DNA of 64,000 nt from contig QPMI01000148.1 in NCBI GenBank assembly GCA_004431415.1, positions 41,782-105,781 on the forward strand, written 5' to 3'. The position numbers and the translations under genes were made by a program. Below are positions 27,201-39,232 of this stretch, piece after piece (position 1 is the stretch's first letter; the number at the start of each line of letters is the position of its first letter). The stretch is from Cyanophora paradoxa CCMP329. Its lineage: Eukaryota; Plantae; Glaucophyta. The notes beneath the pieces are model-generated. The model made no database searches. It was not told where the DNA came from and saw nothing but the letters and a program-made list of their open reading frames with translations.

Positions 27201-28311
27201 GGGTGCGGGGAGGGGCCGCACCCATGCGAGCGAGGCGCCACATTTCGGGGAAGTCGTCTATGATCTTGCGGATGGGACGCGGCCTGCCCGCCCATCGCGC
27301 GCCGTCTCAGCGATCCCCGCGCAGCCTCGAGCGGGCGGGGCTGGCGCGCCGGGACTTGACGGGATCCAGGTCAGCGAGGCGGCGGGTGCGCGTGCGGACG
27401 AGCCCGCCAAAGTCCAGCGTCTGCCGCGGCTTCACCACTGCGCCGAAAGCGCTCAGCGGCCGGCGGCGCGCCCGGCGGGCGGCGGCGCTCGATCGGCGCC
27501 GGTCTAGTGGCTGGGACTGGCGGACCGGGATCCCAGAAGGGGCGGTCGCGACGGATATGCTCCACTGCACTGCCGAAGCTGTGCGAGGCGCGCGGGTCGC
27601 CGTCGTTGTACGCCAGGCACACCAGCAGCTGCTCCGCCCCATCCTGCGCCACGGCGCTCAGAGCAGGGCGGGGACGGAGCGGCCCGGGGCGCGCCCGGCG
27701 CGGACCTTCCACATGCGCTTGTTGAGGGCCATTTCGCCGTGGCGCAGGTACAGAGCGCCGTCGGCGTGCGGCGAGCCGGCGCCGCCGCGCAGCCGCATCG
27801 TCCGCAGCAGCCCGATCGACTCTGACACCGCCTGCGACTCTGCCGCCCCGCCCCGCCCCGCCCCGTGAGGCCCCGGCGGCCCCTGCTGGCCCGCGGCTCC
27901 TGGCGGGGCGCCGGGGCGGGGCGGGGCGCACGGGAGCTGCGGCGGCTGAGCTGAGCCGGTGCAGTCGCCGCGCGGAAGTCCGCCGGGAAGGCCGGCAGCG
28001 AGAGGGCGGCGGCGGCCCCGGCGGCCCCGGCGCCTCCGCCGCGCGCGTGAGCGTCAGCGCCGGCGCGGGCGGCGCGGCGGCCGCCCCGCGCGGAAGGGGC
28101 TCCCTGGGGCCGTCGCGGGCGCGGAGGGCGGCGCCGGCGGCTCCGGCGGCGCGTGGGAAGAGGCGGGCGGGAGGGCGGAGGCGGAGGCCGTTGGCGTGGC
28201 GGCCGCGGTGCTGGCGGAGCCCGCGCGGTCGTGGGAGGGGCCCGCGCTCGACGCTGCGACGTCGGCCGACGCCGCCGCACCGTCGGCAGGCGCGTCCTCC
28301 TCAGAAGCCAT
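18288..28311 (-). CDS. Long multi-exon uncharacterised protein resembling the repeated C-terminal helical/EF-hand-like region of RSPH10B-type proteins
   Basis: Start MASEEDAPAD; exons YIPVRNIFRYYARLDGAK, EFDVFVQDCQLL, VNIVFISANKD, VLPEFMNAVVRLANLRY, VAERFVMLMERDVLPNAR, DDVQEFRRLMQ, ISIREYLAMFSDLGLL, LSQKDIQ/DAFATSQ, DNLEELILPEFEEALLRCA, AINSFFQLITRILVEKK, and a last exon IIRPRRANAP...LSS*. The LPEFxxAxxRxA motif occurs twice. Family call is from recalled motif pattern, not a search. Confidence 0.55.
22218..22356. repeat. Intronic 57-bp tandem repeat, about 2.5 copies
   Basis: gcgagcgcggc(a/g)gtcc recurs at about 22218, 22275 and 22332. Confidence 0.8.
22757..22919. mobile_element. 163-bp MITE-like hairpin element with 40-bp perfect TIRs and an 18-bp flanking direct repeat
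   Basis: TIR gagagatagcctaaggtggcttaggtgtggcggtagagtt (22757-22796) with its exact reverse complement at 22880-22919; cgcggggagaggggcgtc at 22739-22756 and 22920-22937. Confidence 0.85.
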
Positions 28312-28954
28312 CGCCAACGCCGCGCCGCCAACCTTCAGGAGCGGCGGCTTAGCTGCGCGCGGACTGGACGCTTCAGAGACTCCTACAAGAAGCAGCGCAC
28401 TCACTACGCAAGCGGGGTCTCCTGCTCAGAGGGCCGGTTGCGGGCGTCCTCGATTAGGCTCGCAAGCTGTCCCGTCACGTCGCATGCAAGCAGGCGGCCA
28501 TGAGATCTCAAACTTCCGAGATCACTCCGTCGGGCGTGTATACACCACACACGCGCGTACTCGCTCCGCCCGCAATTTCGCTGAGCGTTGAGCCGCTACC
28601 GCAGCCTCTGATTTGCAGGTCGGGCTGGCTTTGCTCAATTCAAGCAAGTGGCCTCTATTGCTGGGATGACGATCTCCTGCCGCCGGTGCTCCGCGTGAAA
28701 GTTGATGCAGCGTTAGTAAATGACTGTACCCTGGCGCTTCGTTCGCAGCTTCGGTTTTGGTCGTAGCAGGTGCGGAGGCTCGCTCGCTCGACCCACTAGC
28801 TCGCTCGAACAGATCCTTGCGCCGAGCAGCCAGCGCTTGCTTCGAGCCGCCAGCGCCAGGGGCCCCTGCTTGATTCCGCCCTGGGCCCCGCGGTGGCGGT
28901 GGCGAGGGCGCGCGCTCCCCGCGGCGCCCTTCTGCCGCTGACCGTCTCGCAGGC

Positions 28955-29990
28955 ATGGGCAGGGGCTGGATCCAGGCAGAGGGGAAGCTGGACCTGACGT
29001 ACGCGGGGCGAACGGAGTGGCCGGCGGCGGAGATCGCGCAAGCGGGACCGGAGAACATCCGCGTGCTCAACCTCGACGGGAACAGGCTCTTGCGTATCCC
29101 GGGCGCCGAGCTCGCCAAGCGAAGGAGAGGCTTTGGTTGCAGGACAACCGGCTTTCGGCGTTGCCGTCGGAGATCGGCCTCCTCGTCGCCCTGCAGAAGC
29201 TGATCGTGAGTGACAACCAGCTGACGGCGCTGCCGCCGGAGATCGGCCGCCTCGCCGCCCTGAAGGAGTTGTGTATCAACGGCAACCCCGTCGTGCTCTC
29301 GTTGCCGGAGTCCGTCCGGCGCGCCGTCAACAACAACTCCAATGTCGGCGACTCTGCTGGGGAAGCCCAGTGCGCCACCGTCGTGCCCTACCTCCGCTCC
29401 CTTCCCGTCCCCGCCCCCGCGGTGCGCTCCGCCGTGCGCGCCGCCCCCGCGCGCCGCCCCTCACTGCCCACCGCAGCCCGCCCCGCAACCCCCCGCCGCC
29501 CCGCCCGTCCCGCACCCCCCTGCCGCCTTCGCCCCTCCGGCCCCAGGTCCTCCCCCCCCTTCACTCCACCCGCCATCCCGACGCGGGCCGCAGCGGGAGG
29601 CGCCGCGGACGCTCCCCGGCCCCTGAAGGCGGTGGCGGGGCAGCTGGAGGCGGCGGCCGTGCGCCTGCGGGAGGAGGCGCGGGCCGCCGCCCTCGCCTCG
29701 GCGAGGGTGGAGGCCCTCGCGGCGGAGCGGGCGGAGGCGCGGGCGGAGCTCGAGGCGGCGGCGCAGCGCGAGCGGCGGGCGGCGGCGGAGGCGGCGGGAC
29801 TCCGTGGGCGGCTGGCGGAGGCGGAGGCCGCGCGTCTCCGGGCCGACGAGCGGCTGGCGCTGTACGAGGGCGGCAGCGCCGGTGGCGCGCCCGGCGGCCG
29901 GCCCTGGGGCGAGGCGGAGCTCGCGGCGGCGGCCGAGCGGCTGAAGGCGGCCCTGGCGCGCGTGGAGGAGCTGCGGATCGCTGCTGCGGA
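28955..29990 (+). pseudogene. LRR array copy A: LRR-coiled coil, frameshifted, RING deleted
   Basis: MGRGWIQAEGKLDL...IPGAELAK, then a frameshifting deletion near 29120 relative to paralogues; LRRs continue in another frame; coiled coil nearly identical to copy B; near 29980 the sequence jumps to the shared 3' region and skips the RING exons. Confidence 0.8.
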
Positions 29991-29995
29991 TCCTG

Positions 29996-30766
29996 GCGGC
30001 GGCGCCACGCGTCGCAGCTCCAAACTCTTTGCTGCGCGGCGCCGCGAGTCGCAGCTCCGGTTCTGTTTACGGGCTCAGCCGTGTACGCGCACCCTCGCGC
30101 CGACCGTTTCTCTCTATAGCTAGATCTGTGCTGCGCATGCAGCCTTCATTCTTAGCCCAACCCCTATAGCTACGCGCATCCTCGCGCCGGCTGCGTGCTG
30201 AGCTCCTTTCTGCAGGCTAGATCAGCGATGGCTAGTGGTCCCAGCCCGCCGCCGCCACTCTTTCCAACCTCATGTCTACGTATACTGCGCAAGTACGTCT
30301 GCAGTTCAAGTTCGAGTAGTTTGATTTCAATGTTCAGAGGTCGAGTTCAATTGCAAGCTGTTATAATGAAGAGCCAATACTAAAAGCTGTTACAATATTA
30401 ATTGAGAGCATTAAGGGTTACGATCGGGGCGCCACGAAGGGCCGTCCCGGCCCCGAAGGCCCTCCGCCCCGAAGGGAAGTCCTCGCCGGAGACACGAGGG
30501 ACTGAACTTCGGAAAGGCGTCCGAAGGAAGGGAGGGGGGGTGGAGGGGGGGGGGGGGTCGGCCCCGAAGGGATCGCTCCTTCGGGAGCCTCGGAGCCCGG
30601 CGCTTCGCCCTACCCCAGCGGACCCCTTCTAGATCTAGAAAGAGGGGGGGCCGAACGGGGGGGTGGGGAGAAAGGGGAATAGAGGATAGTATAGGATAGG
30701 ATACGGGCCCGCTCGCACAACCCGTCGACGTCTACATGAAGGCCCAAGCTATCCCGCTCTTGCTGA
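29996..30766 (+). repeat. Duplicated 3' flank shared by LRR copies A and B (second copy about 34506-35279)
   Basis: Near-identical text from gcgccacgcgtcgcagctcc to ggcccaagctatcccgctcttgctga in both places. Confidence 0.92.
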
Positions 30767-30783
30767 AGTAGAAAACGCAGTAC

Positions 30784-32299
30784 CCCGCTTGTTGACGGTG
30801 TACATCTCTTACCCGTAGACGCGCCGCACCCGCACGGCGATCGATCGCTCGCCATTACCTGTACCCCCGCCGGCCGGGTCAGGGGTGCGGGGGTCAGGGT
30901 GGGGGAAAGCAAAGGAAGGAGGGAAAGGAAACACGCACCTTGGCGCCCTCGAGGCGCGCGTAGAAGCGGAAGATGTTACCTGGGGGGTATGGGTGAGGGG
31001 CCGGGGGATACGAGAGTTGGGAAGAAAGGGGTACGGACTCTTTGTGGAACATGCCTCGCAGCTGCGCCGGAGGGCGAGCAGGGGTACAGGCATCAGGAAC
31101 GGGGATGGAGCTGAAAAGGGGTACGGGCGCTCGCCTCGTTGAGCTCCTCGTGGGGCACGTACCCGGAGCGGGTCCGTACCGTCTCGTCTGCGGGGGTACG
31201 TCGTTGGAGGCGGTCTCGGGGTGCGGGGAGGGGCCGCACCCATGCGAGCGAGGCGCCACATTTCGGGAAAGTCGTCTATGATCTTGCGGATGGGGCGCGC
31301 GCGGCTTGCCCGCCCCGCGCGCCCCGTCTCAGCGATCCCCGCGCGGTGCCGGGCGGGCGGGCGGGCGAGCGCGCCGGGCCTTGACGGGGTCGAGGTCGGC
31401 GAGGCGGCGGGTGCGCGTGCGGACGAGCCCGCCAACGTCCAGCGACTGCCGCGGCTTCACCGCTGCGCCCAAAGCGCTCAGCTTCCGGCGGCGGGACCGG
31501 CGCCTAAGCCTTTGAGCGGGCGGACCGGGGTCCCAGAAGGGGCGGCCGCGGCGGATGTGCTCCACGGCGCTGCCGAAGCTGTGCGAGGCGCGCGGGTCGC
31601 CGTCGTTGTACGCCAGGCACACCAGCAGCTGCTCCGCCCCGTCCTGCGCCGCAGCGATCAGAGCAGGACGGGGAGGGGGCGGCCCGGGGTGGGCCCGGCG
31701 CGGGCCTTCCACATGCGCTTGTTGAGGGCCATTTCGCCGTGGCGCAGGTACAGAGCGCCGTCAGCGTGGGGCGAGCCGGCGCCGCCGCGCAGCCGCATCG
31801 TCCGCAGCAGCCCGATCGACTCTGACACCGCCTGCGACTCTGCCGCCCCGCCCCGCCCCGCCCCGTGAGGCCCCGGCGGCCCCTGCTGGCCCGCAGCTCC
31901 TGGCGGGGCGGGGCGGGGCGGGGCGCACGGGAGCTGCGGCGGCTGAGCTGAGCCGGTGCGGTCGCCGCGCGGAAGTCCGCCGGGAAGGCCGGCAGCGAGA
32001 GGGGCGGCAGGGGCCCGGCGGCCCCGGCGCCTCCGCCGCGCGCGTGAGCGTCAGCGCCGGCGGGGGCGGCGCGGCGGCCGCCCCGCGCGGAAGGGGCTCG
32101 CTGGGGCCGTCGCGGGCGCGGAGAGCGGCGCCGGCGGCGAGTGGGAGGGGGAGGGCGGGAGGGTAGAGCCGGAGGCCGTTGGCGTGGCGGCCGCGGCGGC
32201 GGCGGAGCCCGCGCGGTCGTGGGAGGGGCCCGCGCTCGACGCTGCGACGTCGGCCGACGCCGCCGCACCGTCGGCAGGCGCGTCCTCCTCAGAAGCCAT
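30784..32299 (-). pseudogene. Truncated duplicate (5' exons) of the 18288-28311 gene, unit 2
   Basis: MASEEDAPAD... through IRKIIDDFPEMW and IFRFYARLEGAK to MYTVNKR, after which homology ends. Confidence 0.8.
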
Positions 32300-33150
32300 C
32301 GCCAACGCCGCGCCGCCAACCTTCAGGAGCGGCGGCTTAGCTGCCCGCGGGCTGGGCGCTTCAGGGACGTCTACAAGAAGCAGCGCACTCACCGCGCGAG
32401 GGCTCCTGCTCAGGGCCGGTTGCCGGCGTTCTCGATAAGGCCCGCAAGCTGCCCCGTCACGCCGCGGGCAAGCAGGCGGCCATAAGATCTTCAACTTCCG
32501 AGATCACTCCGTCAGGCGTGTGTACACCACACACGCGCGTACTCGCTCCGTCCGCAAATTCGCTGAGCGTTGAGCCGCTATCGCGGGCCGGGCTGGCTTT
32601 GCTCAATTCAAGCAAGTGGCCTGAGCACTGGCCTCTATTGCTGCGATGACGATCTCCTGCCGCCGGTACTACGCGTGAAAGTTGATGCAGCGGGCAAACG
32701 ACTGTACCCTGGCGCTTCGTTCGCAGCAGCTCGCTGCGGTTCGCAACACTTCGCATGCGCAGCAGCGATATCGCCCGGCCCGCAGGGCCGCCGCGCGCGC
32801 TTGCTCCTCCTAGCGTTCTAGCTCCTAGCGTTCTAGCTCCTAGCGTCAAGCAGCGAGCGCCGGCTTCGAGCGGCCTAGGCCTGCAGAACTCTTGACCGCG
32901 CGGGCTCGGTCGCTTGCTGCGGCAAGGCGATCCATCGAAGGTGAGCGACGCCCTGGCGGGCACATAGGGCGATATCAAGCATCGCCGGGCTCCGGCGCCA
33001 TGACGACGATGATGACGTCGAAGTTGCATCCGAGTAAGTTTCGGGCTGAAGCCCAGAGCGGCCCAGCACTGGGGAACTTCGGAACGCCGATCGAGCGGGG
33101 CGGGGGCGCGCTCCCCGGGGGGCGCTTCTGCCGCTGACCGCCCCGCAGGC

Positions 33151-34483
33151 ATGGTCAGGGGATGGATCCAGGCAGAGGGAAAGCTGGACCTTTGGGGGGA
33201 AGGGCGGACGGAGTGGCCGGCGGCGGAGATCGCGCGGGCGGGGCCGGAGAACATCCGCCACCTCGACCTCGACGGGAACAGGCTCACGAGCATCCCGGGG
33301 GCCGAGCTCGCCAAGCTGAGGAACCTGAAGCAGCTGTGGTTGAATCGCAACCAGCTGGCGGCGCTGCCGCCGGAGATCGACCGCCTCGCCGCCCTGGAAA
33401 AGCTGTGTTTGAACTGCAACCAGCTGACGCGGGCGCTGCCGCCGGAGATCGGCCGCCTCGCCGCCCTGCAAGTGCTGGGCGTGAGCGACAACCTGCTCAC
33501 ATCACTTCCGCCCGAGATCGGCCGCCTCTCTGCCCTGCAGACTCTGTACGTGGACGGCAACCCCGTCGTGGACTCGTGGCCGGAGCCCGTCCGCCGCGCT
33601 GTCGACCGGGGCGATGGTAAAGCCCAGTGCGCCGCCGTCGTGCCCTACCTCCGATCCCTCCTCGCCCCCACCCCCGCGGTGTGCCCCGCTGCGCACGCGG
33701 CTCCTGCTTTCCGCCCCTCACCCCCCGCTGCAGCCCGCCCCCGCCGCCCCGCCCGCCCCGCAACCCCCCGCCGCCCCCGCCCCTCCGGCCCCAGGTCCGT
33801 GCTTCCCCTTTCGGACTTCTCCCTCCAACCTCCCGACGCGGGCCGCAGCGGGAGCCGCCCCCGATTGCCCACTGCCCCTGGAGGCCTTTGCCGGGCAGCT
33901 GGAGGCGGCGGCCGCGCGGCTGCGGGAGGAGGCGCGGGCCGCCGCCCTCGCCGAGGCGCGGGCGGCGGCCCTCGCGGCGGAGCGGGCGGAGGCGCGGGCG
34001 GAGCTCGAGGCGGCGGCGCGGCGGGAGCGGCAGGCGGCGGCCGAGGCGGAGGCGCTGCGCGGGCGGCTGGCGGAGGCGGAGGCCGCGCGTCTCCGGGCCG
34101 ACGAGCGGCTGGCGCTGTACGAGGGCGGCAGCGCCGGTGGCGCGCCCGGCGGCCGGCCCTGGGGCGAGGCGGAGCTCGCGGCGGCGGCCGAGCGGCTGAA
34201 GGCGGCCTTGGCGCGCGTGGATGAGCTGCGGATCGCCGCGCGGGCCGCCGCGCTCAACCGATTCGAGTGCCCGGTGCGCTGCAGTCTGAGCCAGCGGCCG
34301 TTGGCCCGCTCGATGCTGGGCCGGCAGGTGTGCTGGGAGGAGAAGGAGCGGGGGGAGCGGCGGCTCCTGCACCCTTGCGGGCACGTCGTCTGCGCGGCCT
34401 GCGTCCAGCGGCTCGCTGACGGGGCGGGAACGTGTCCCATTTGCCGCGAGCCCTTCGGGGGGTCCGTCCCCATCTACGATTGA
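33151..34483 (+). CDS. LRR array copy B: LRR-coiled coil-C3HC4 RING, putative E3 ubiquitin ligase
   Basis: Five LRR strands in one exon with an LPPEIGRLAAL framework, an Ala/Glu/Arg coiled coil, and spliced RING FECP|VCWEEKERGERRLLHPCGHVVCAACVQRLADGAGTCPICREPFGGSVPIYD*. Confidence 0.88.
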
Positions 34484-35279
34484 GCGCCCTCGCGGTGCGG
34501 CGCCGGCGCGGCGCCACGCGTCGCAGCTCCGAACTCTTTGCTGCGCGGCGCCGCGAGTCGCAGCTCCGGTTCTGTTTGCGGGCTCAGCCGTGTGCGCGCA
34601 CCCTCGCGCCGACCGTTCCTCTCTAGATCTGTGCTGCGCATGCAGCCTTCATTCTTAGCCCCACCCCTATAGCTACGCGCATCCTCGCGCCGGCTGCGTG
34701 CTGTGCTCCTTGCTGCAGGCTAGATTAGCGATGGCTAGTGGTCCCAGCCCGCCGCCGCCACTCTTTCCAACCTCATGTCTACGTATACTGCGCAAGTACG
34801 TCTGCAGTTCAAGTTCGAGTAGTTTGATTTCAATGTTCAGACTCTGAGAGGTCGAGTTCAATTGCAAGCTGTTATAATGAAGAGCCAATACTAAAAGCTG
34901 TTACAATATTAATTGAGAGCATTAAGGGTTACGATCGGGGCGCCACGAAGGGCCGTCCCGGCCCCGAAGGCCCTCCCGCCCCGAAGGGAAGTCCTCGCCG
35001 GAGGCACGAGGGACTGAACTTCGGAAAGGCGTCCGAAGGAGAGGGGGGGGGGGTCGGCCCCGAAGGGATCGCTCCTTTGGGAGCCCGGCGCTGAGCGGAC
35101 CCCTTCTAGATCTAGAAAGAGGGGGGGCCGAACGGGGGAGTGGGTGGGGGGTTTGGGGGGGGGGGGGGGGGGGGGGGGGGAAGAAAGGGGAATAGAGGAT
35201 AGTATAGGATAGGATACGGGCCCGCTCGCACAACCCGTCGACGTCTTCATGAAGGCCCAAGCTATCCCGCTCTTGCTGA

Positions 35280-37165
35280 GATCGGGTACCGGAAAATTTG
35301 CGGCACCGCGACGATTACGGCGGCGCGGCGGGCCAGGCTTCCCTCGTGAGGGTGCCTGATAACGCTGCGTGTCAAGCTGCTCGGAAAGTCGCGGGCCAGC
35401 GCCTCCCGTCCCCTGTAGCCAGAACTAGCTAGACAACCCAGCGCGGCGTCTTTCAAGAGTCGAAACGGAGTCCCTGCCGCCAGTTAGGCCTTCGGACGGA
35501 AATCGGAGCGGCCCGCGACGGCGGAGCGCCCGCCAGCGCCGTCGCGGAAAGACCAGCAACGCAGATCTAAGCACGCATGTCGCCCGCAGATCTAAGCTGG
35601 CGCCGCCGACTTCCTGACAGACAAATCGCGCTCCTGCCTCTTTCAACCCTCACTTTCATCTCTCTTTATGTCTCTCACGCGCGCTGCCGTGCCACAGGCC
35701 GAGCGCACGGAAACGAGCAGGCGCTGGCAAGCGCATCTCCGAGCCGCGGCTCGCCGCCGCAGCCTCCGACACGCGGCCGCCCGGTTCGATCTACAGCCTG
35801 TGAGTTGACCCGCGGTTCGCCTCGCCGCCGCCCGCGCGCTCGCAGATGACGGAGGCGCCACGCCGTCGACGCCGAGCCAAGCTGGACTTCAGCGACGCCC
35901 TCTTGATCGCGGTCGGCGACCTCAACACATGATCGTGATGCTGACTACTACGCTGCCGCAGAGCGCAAGTGCAGGAACGTCCACGACAGCGAGACGTAGA
36001 GCCGTGACACCTCCTCCCCGATGCTAGGGCCCACGGGCGCCCACTCGGACCTCCCCGCTCTTCCCCGAGGTCAGAGCCCACGGGCGCTCGCTCGATCGAC
36101 CCGCGCCGCTTCCCGCCCTCGCCGCCGCCGTCCGCAGCCGTGGAGCGGCCCCCCCGCCCCGCCGCGCCGTGCCCTTCCCGCCCTCGCCGCCTCCGCCCGT
36201 CACCCCGCCCGTCGCCCTTCCCGCCCTCGCCGCGCCCTTCCCTTCCCGCCCTCGCTGCCTCCGCCCGTCGCTGCGGGCCGGGCCCGCCGCGCCGCCGCGC
36301 CCCGCCCTTCCCGCCCTCGCTGCGCCCCGCCCTTCCCGCCATCGCCGCCTCCGCCCGGCGCCGCGGGCCGGCCCCCCCGCCCCGCCGCGCCCCGCCCTTT
36401 CCGCCCTCGCTGCCTCCGCCCGTCGCCGCGGGCCGGGCCCGCCGCGCCGCCTCGCCCCGCCCTTCCGCCCTCGCCGCCGCCGTCCGTAGCCGTGGAGCGC
36501 CCCTCCGCCCCGCCGCGCCGTGCCCTTCCCGCCCTCGCCGCCTCCGCCCGTCGCCCCGCCCGTCGCCCTTCCCGCCCTCGCTGCGCCCCGCCCTTTCCGC
36601 CCTCGCTGCCTCCGCCCGTCGCCGCGGGCCGGGCCCGCCGCGCCGCCGCGCCCCGCCCTTCCCGCCCTCGCCGCCTCCGCCCGGCGCCGCGGGCCGGCCG
36701 GCCCCCCGCCCGCCGCGCCCCGCCCCTCGCCGCCTCCGCCCGTCGCCCCGCCCGTCGCCCTTCCCGCCCTCGCCGCGCCCCGCCCTTCCCGCCCTCGCTG
36801 CCTCCGCCCGGCGCCGCGGGCCGGCCCCCCGCCGCCGCGCCCCGCCCTTCCCGCCCTCGCTGCGCCCCGCCCTTCCCGCCCTCGCTGCCTCCGCCCGTCG
36901 CCGCGGGCCGGGCCCGCCGCGCCGCCGCGCCCCGCCCTTCCCGCCCTCGCCGCCTCCGCCCGGCGCCGCGGGCCGGCCCCCCCGCCCCGCCGCGCCCCGC
37001 CCCTCGCCGCCTCCGCCCGTCGCCCCGCCCGTCGCCCTTCCCGCCCTCGCCGCGCCCCGCCCTTTCCGCCCTCGCTGCCTCCGCCCGTCGCCGCGGGCCG
37101 GGCCCGCCGCGCCGCCTCGCCCCGCCCTTCCCGCCCTCGCCGCCGCCGTCCGTAGCCGTGGAGCG

Positions 37166-37196
<31 letters not shown>

Positions 37197-37683
37197 CCCC
37201 GCCCCGCCGTGCCCTTCCCGCCCTCGCCGCCTCCGCCCGTCGCCCCGCCCGTCGCCCTTCCCGCCCTCGCTGCGCCCCGCCCTTTCCGCCCTCGCTGCCT
37301 CCGCCCGTCGCCGCGGGCCGGGCCCGCCGCGCCGCCGCGCCCCGCCCTTCCCGCCCTCGCCGCCTCCGCCCGGCGCCGCGGGCCGGCCCCCCGCCCGCCG
37401 CGCCCCGCCCTTCCCACCCTCGCCGCTGCCGCCCGTCGCGGCGGGCCCCCCGCCCCGCCGCGGCCCGCCCCTCCCCCTAGCTACCTCGTAGTTCCTGCCA
37501 TAGCACCGCCTAACGTTAGCCCCACCCGATGATCACTGACATGCAGACAACCAACACACTTAGGCAAACACCAAACACAATTCTTTCCATATCCCTAGAA
37601 TATTCCGCCGAGTGGCCCATGTCCGCCGGTTGGATCCTGTGTTCGAATCCGAAACATTGCCCACATGGGCTTTTGAAAAAAAA
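35280..37683 (+). mobile_element. 2.4-kb non-coding insertion with 16-bp TSD, internal VNTR and A tail
   Basis: atcccgctcttgctga at 35264-35279 and 37684-37699; A8 tail at 37676-37683; the paralogous empty site with one copy of the motif is at 30751-30766. Confidence 0.9.
36100..37470. repeat. C-rich VNTR inside the 35280-37683 insertion
   Basis: Irregular reiteration of gcccttcccgccctcgc(c/t)gcctccgcccg and cgccgcgggccg subunits; the long Pro/Arg ORFs here are artefacts. Confidence 0.9.
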
Positions 37684-37716
37684 ATCCCGCTCTTGCTGAA
37701 GTAGAAAACGCAGTAC

Positions 37717-39232
37717 CCCGCTTGTTGACGGTGTACATCTCTTACCCGTAGACGCGCCGCACCCGCACGGCGATCGATCGCTCGCCATTACCTGTACCCC
37801 CGCCGGCCGGGTCAGGGGTGCGGGGGTCAGGGTGGGGGAAAGCAAAGGAAGGAGGGAAAGGAAACACGCACCTTGGCGCCCTCGAGGCGCGCGTAGAAGC
37901 GGAAGATGTTATCTGGGGGGTATGGGTGAGGGGCCGGGGGATACGAGAGTTGGGAAGAAAGGGGTACGGACTCTTTGTGGAACATGCCTCGCAGCTGCGC
38001 CGGAGGGCGAGCAGGGGTACAGGCATCAGGGGTAGTGATGGAGCTAGAGGGGGTACGGGTGATCGCCTCGTTGAGTTCCTCGTGGGGCACGAACCCCGAG
38101 CGCGCCCTCACCGTCTCGTCTGTGCGGGGTACCAGCGGTCACGGAGTACGGGAACGGGCCGCACCCATGCGAGCGAGGTGCCACATTTCGGGGAAGTCGT
38201 CTATGATCTTGCGGATGGGGCGCGCGCGGCCTGCCCGCCCCGCGCGCCCCGCCTCAGTTATCCCCGCGCGGTGCCGAGCGGGCGGGCAGACAGCCGCGCC
38301 GGGCCTTGACGGGGTCGAGGTCGGCGAGGCGGCGGGTGCGCGTGCGGACGAGCCCGCCAACGTTCACCGCTGCGCCGAAAGCGCTCAGCGGCCGGCGGCG
38401 GGCCCGGCGCCTAAGCCTTTGAGCGGGCGGACCGGGGTCCCAGAAGGGGCGGTCGCGGCGGATATGCTCCACGGCGCTGCCGAAGCTGTGCGAGGCGCGC
38501 GGGTCGCCGTCGTTGTACGCCAGGCACACCAGCAGCTGCTCCGCCCCGTCCTGCGCCACGGCGCTCAGAGCAGGGCGGGGACGGAGCGGCCCGGGGCGGG
38601 CCCGGCGCGGGCCTTCCACATGCGCTTGTTGAGGGCCATTCCGCCGTGGCGCAGGTACAGGGCGCCGTCGGCGTGCGGCGAGCCGGCGCCGCCGCGCAGC
38701 CGCATCGTCCGCAGCAGCCCGATCGACTCCGACACCGCCTGCGACTCTGCCGCCCCGCCCCGCCCCGCCCCGTGAGGCCCCGGCGGCCCCTGCTGGCCCG
38801 CGGCTCCTGGCGGGGCGCCGGGCGGGGCGGGGGGGGCGGGCGGGGGCGCACGGGAGCTGCGGCGGCTGAGCTGCGCCGGTGCGGTCGCCGCGCGGAAGTC
38901 CGCCGGGAAGGCCGGCAGCGAGAGGGGCGGCGGCGGCCCCAGCGGCCCCGGCGCCTCCGCCGCCCGCGTGAGCGTCAGCGCCGGCGGGGGCGGCGCGGGG
39001 GCAGCCCCCGCGCGGAAGGGGCTCGCCGGGCCGTCGCGGGCGCGGAGGGCGGCGCCGGCGGCTCGGGCGGCGCGTGGGAGGAGGCGGGCGGGAGGGCAGC
39101 GGCGGAGGCCGTTGGCGCGTCGGCGGCGGCGGCGGCGGCGCCCGCGCGGTCGTGGGAGGGGCCCGCGCTCGACGGAGCGAGGTCGATCGACGCCGCCACA
39201 CCGTCAGCTGGGGCGGCCTCCTCTGATGCCAT
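37717..39232 (-). pseudogene. Truncated duplicate of the 18288-28311 gene, unit 3
   Basis: MASEEAAPAD... with the same exon series and the same breakpoint as unit 2. Confidence 0.8.

Noticed and set aside
36021-37532. Long Pro/Arg/Ala ORFs (also at 15.1-16.0, 58.4-59.8 and 63.1-63.9 kb)
   Set aside because: They are translations of GC-rich repeats lacking stop codons in several frames.
37605-37670. A true tRNA gene
   Set aside because: A B-box is present but no convincing cloverleaf or anticodon arm can be drawn.
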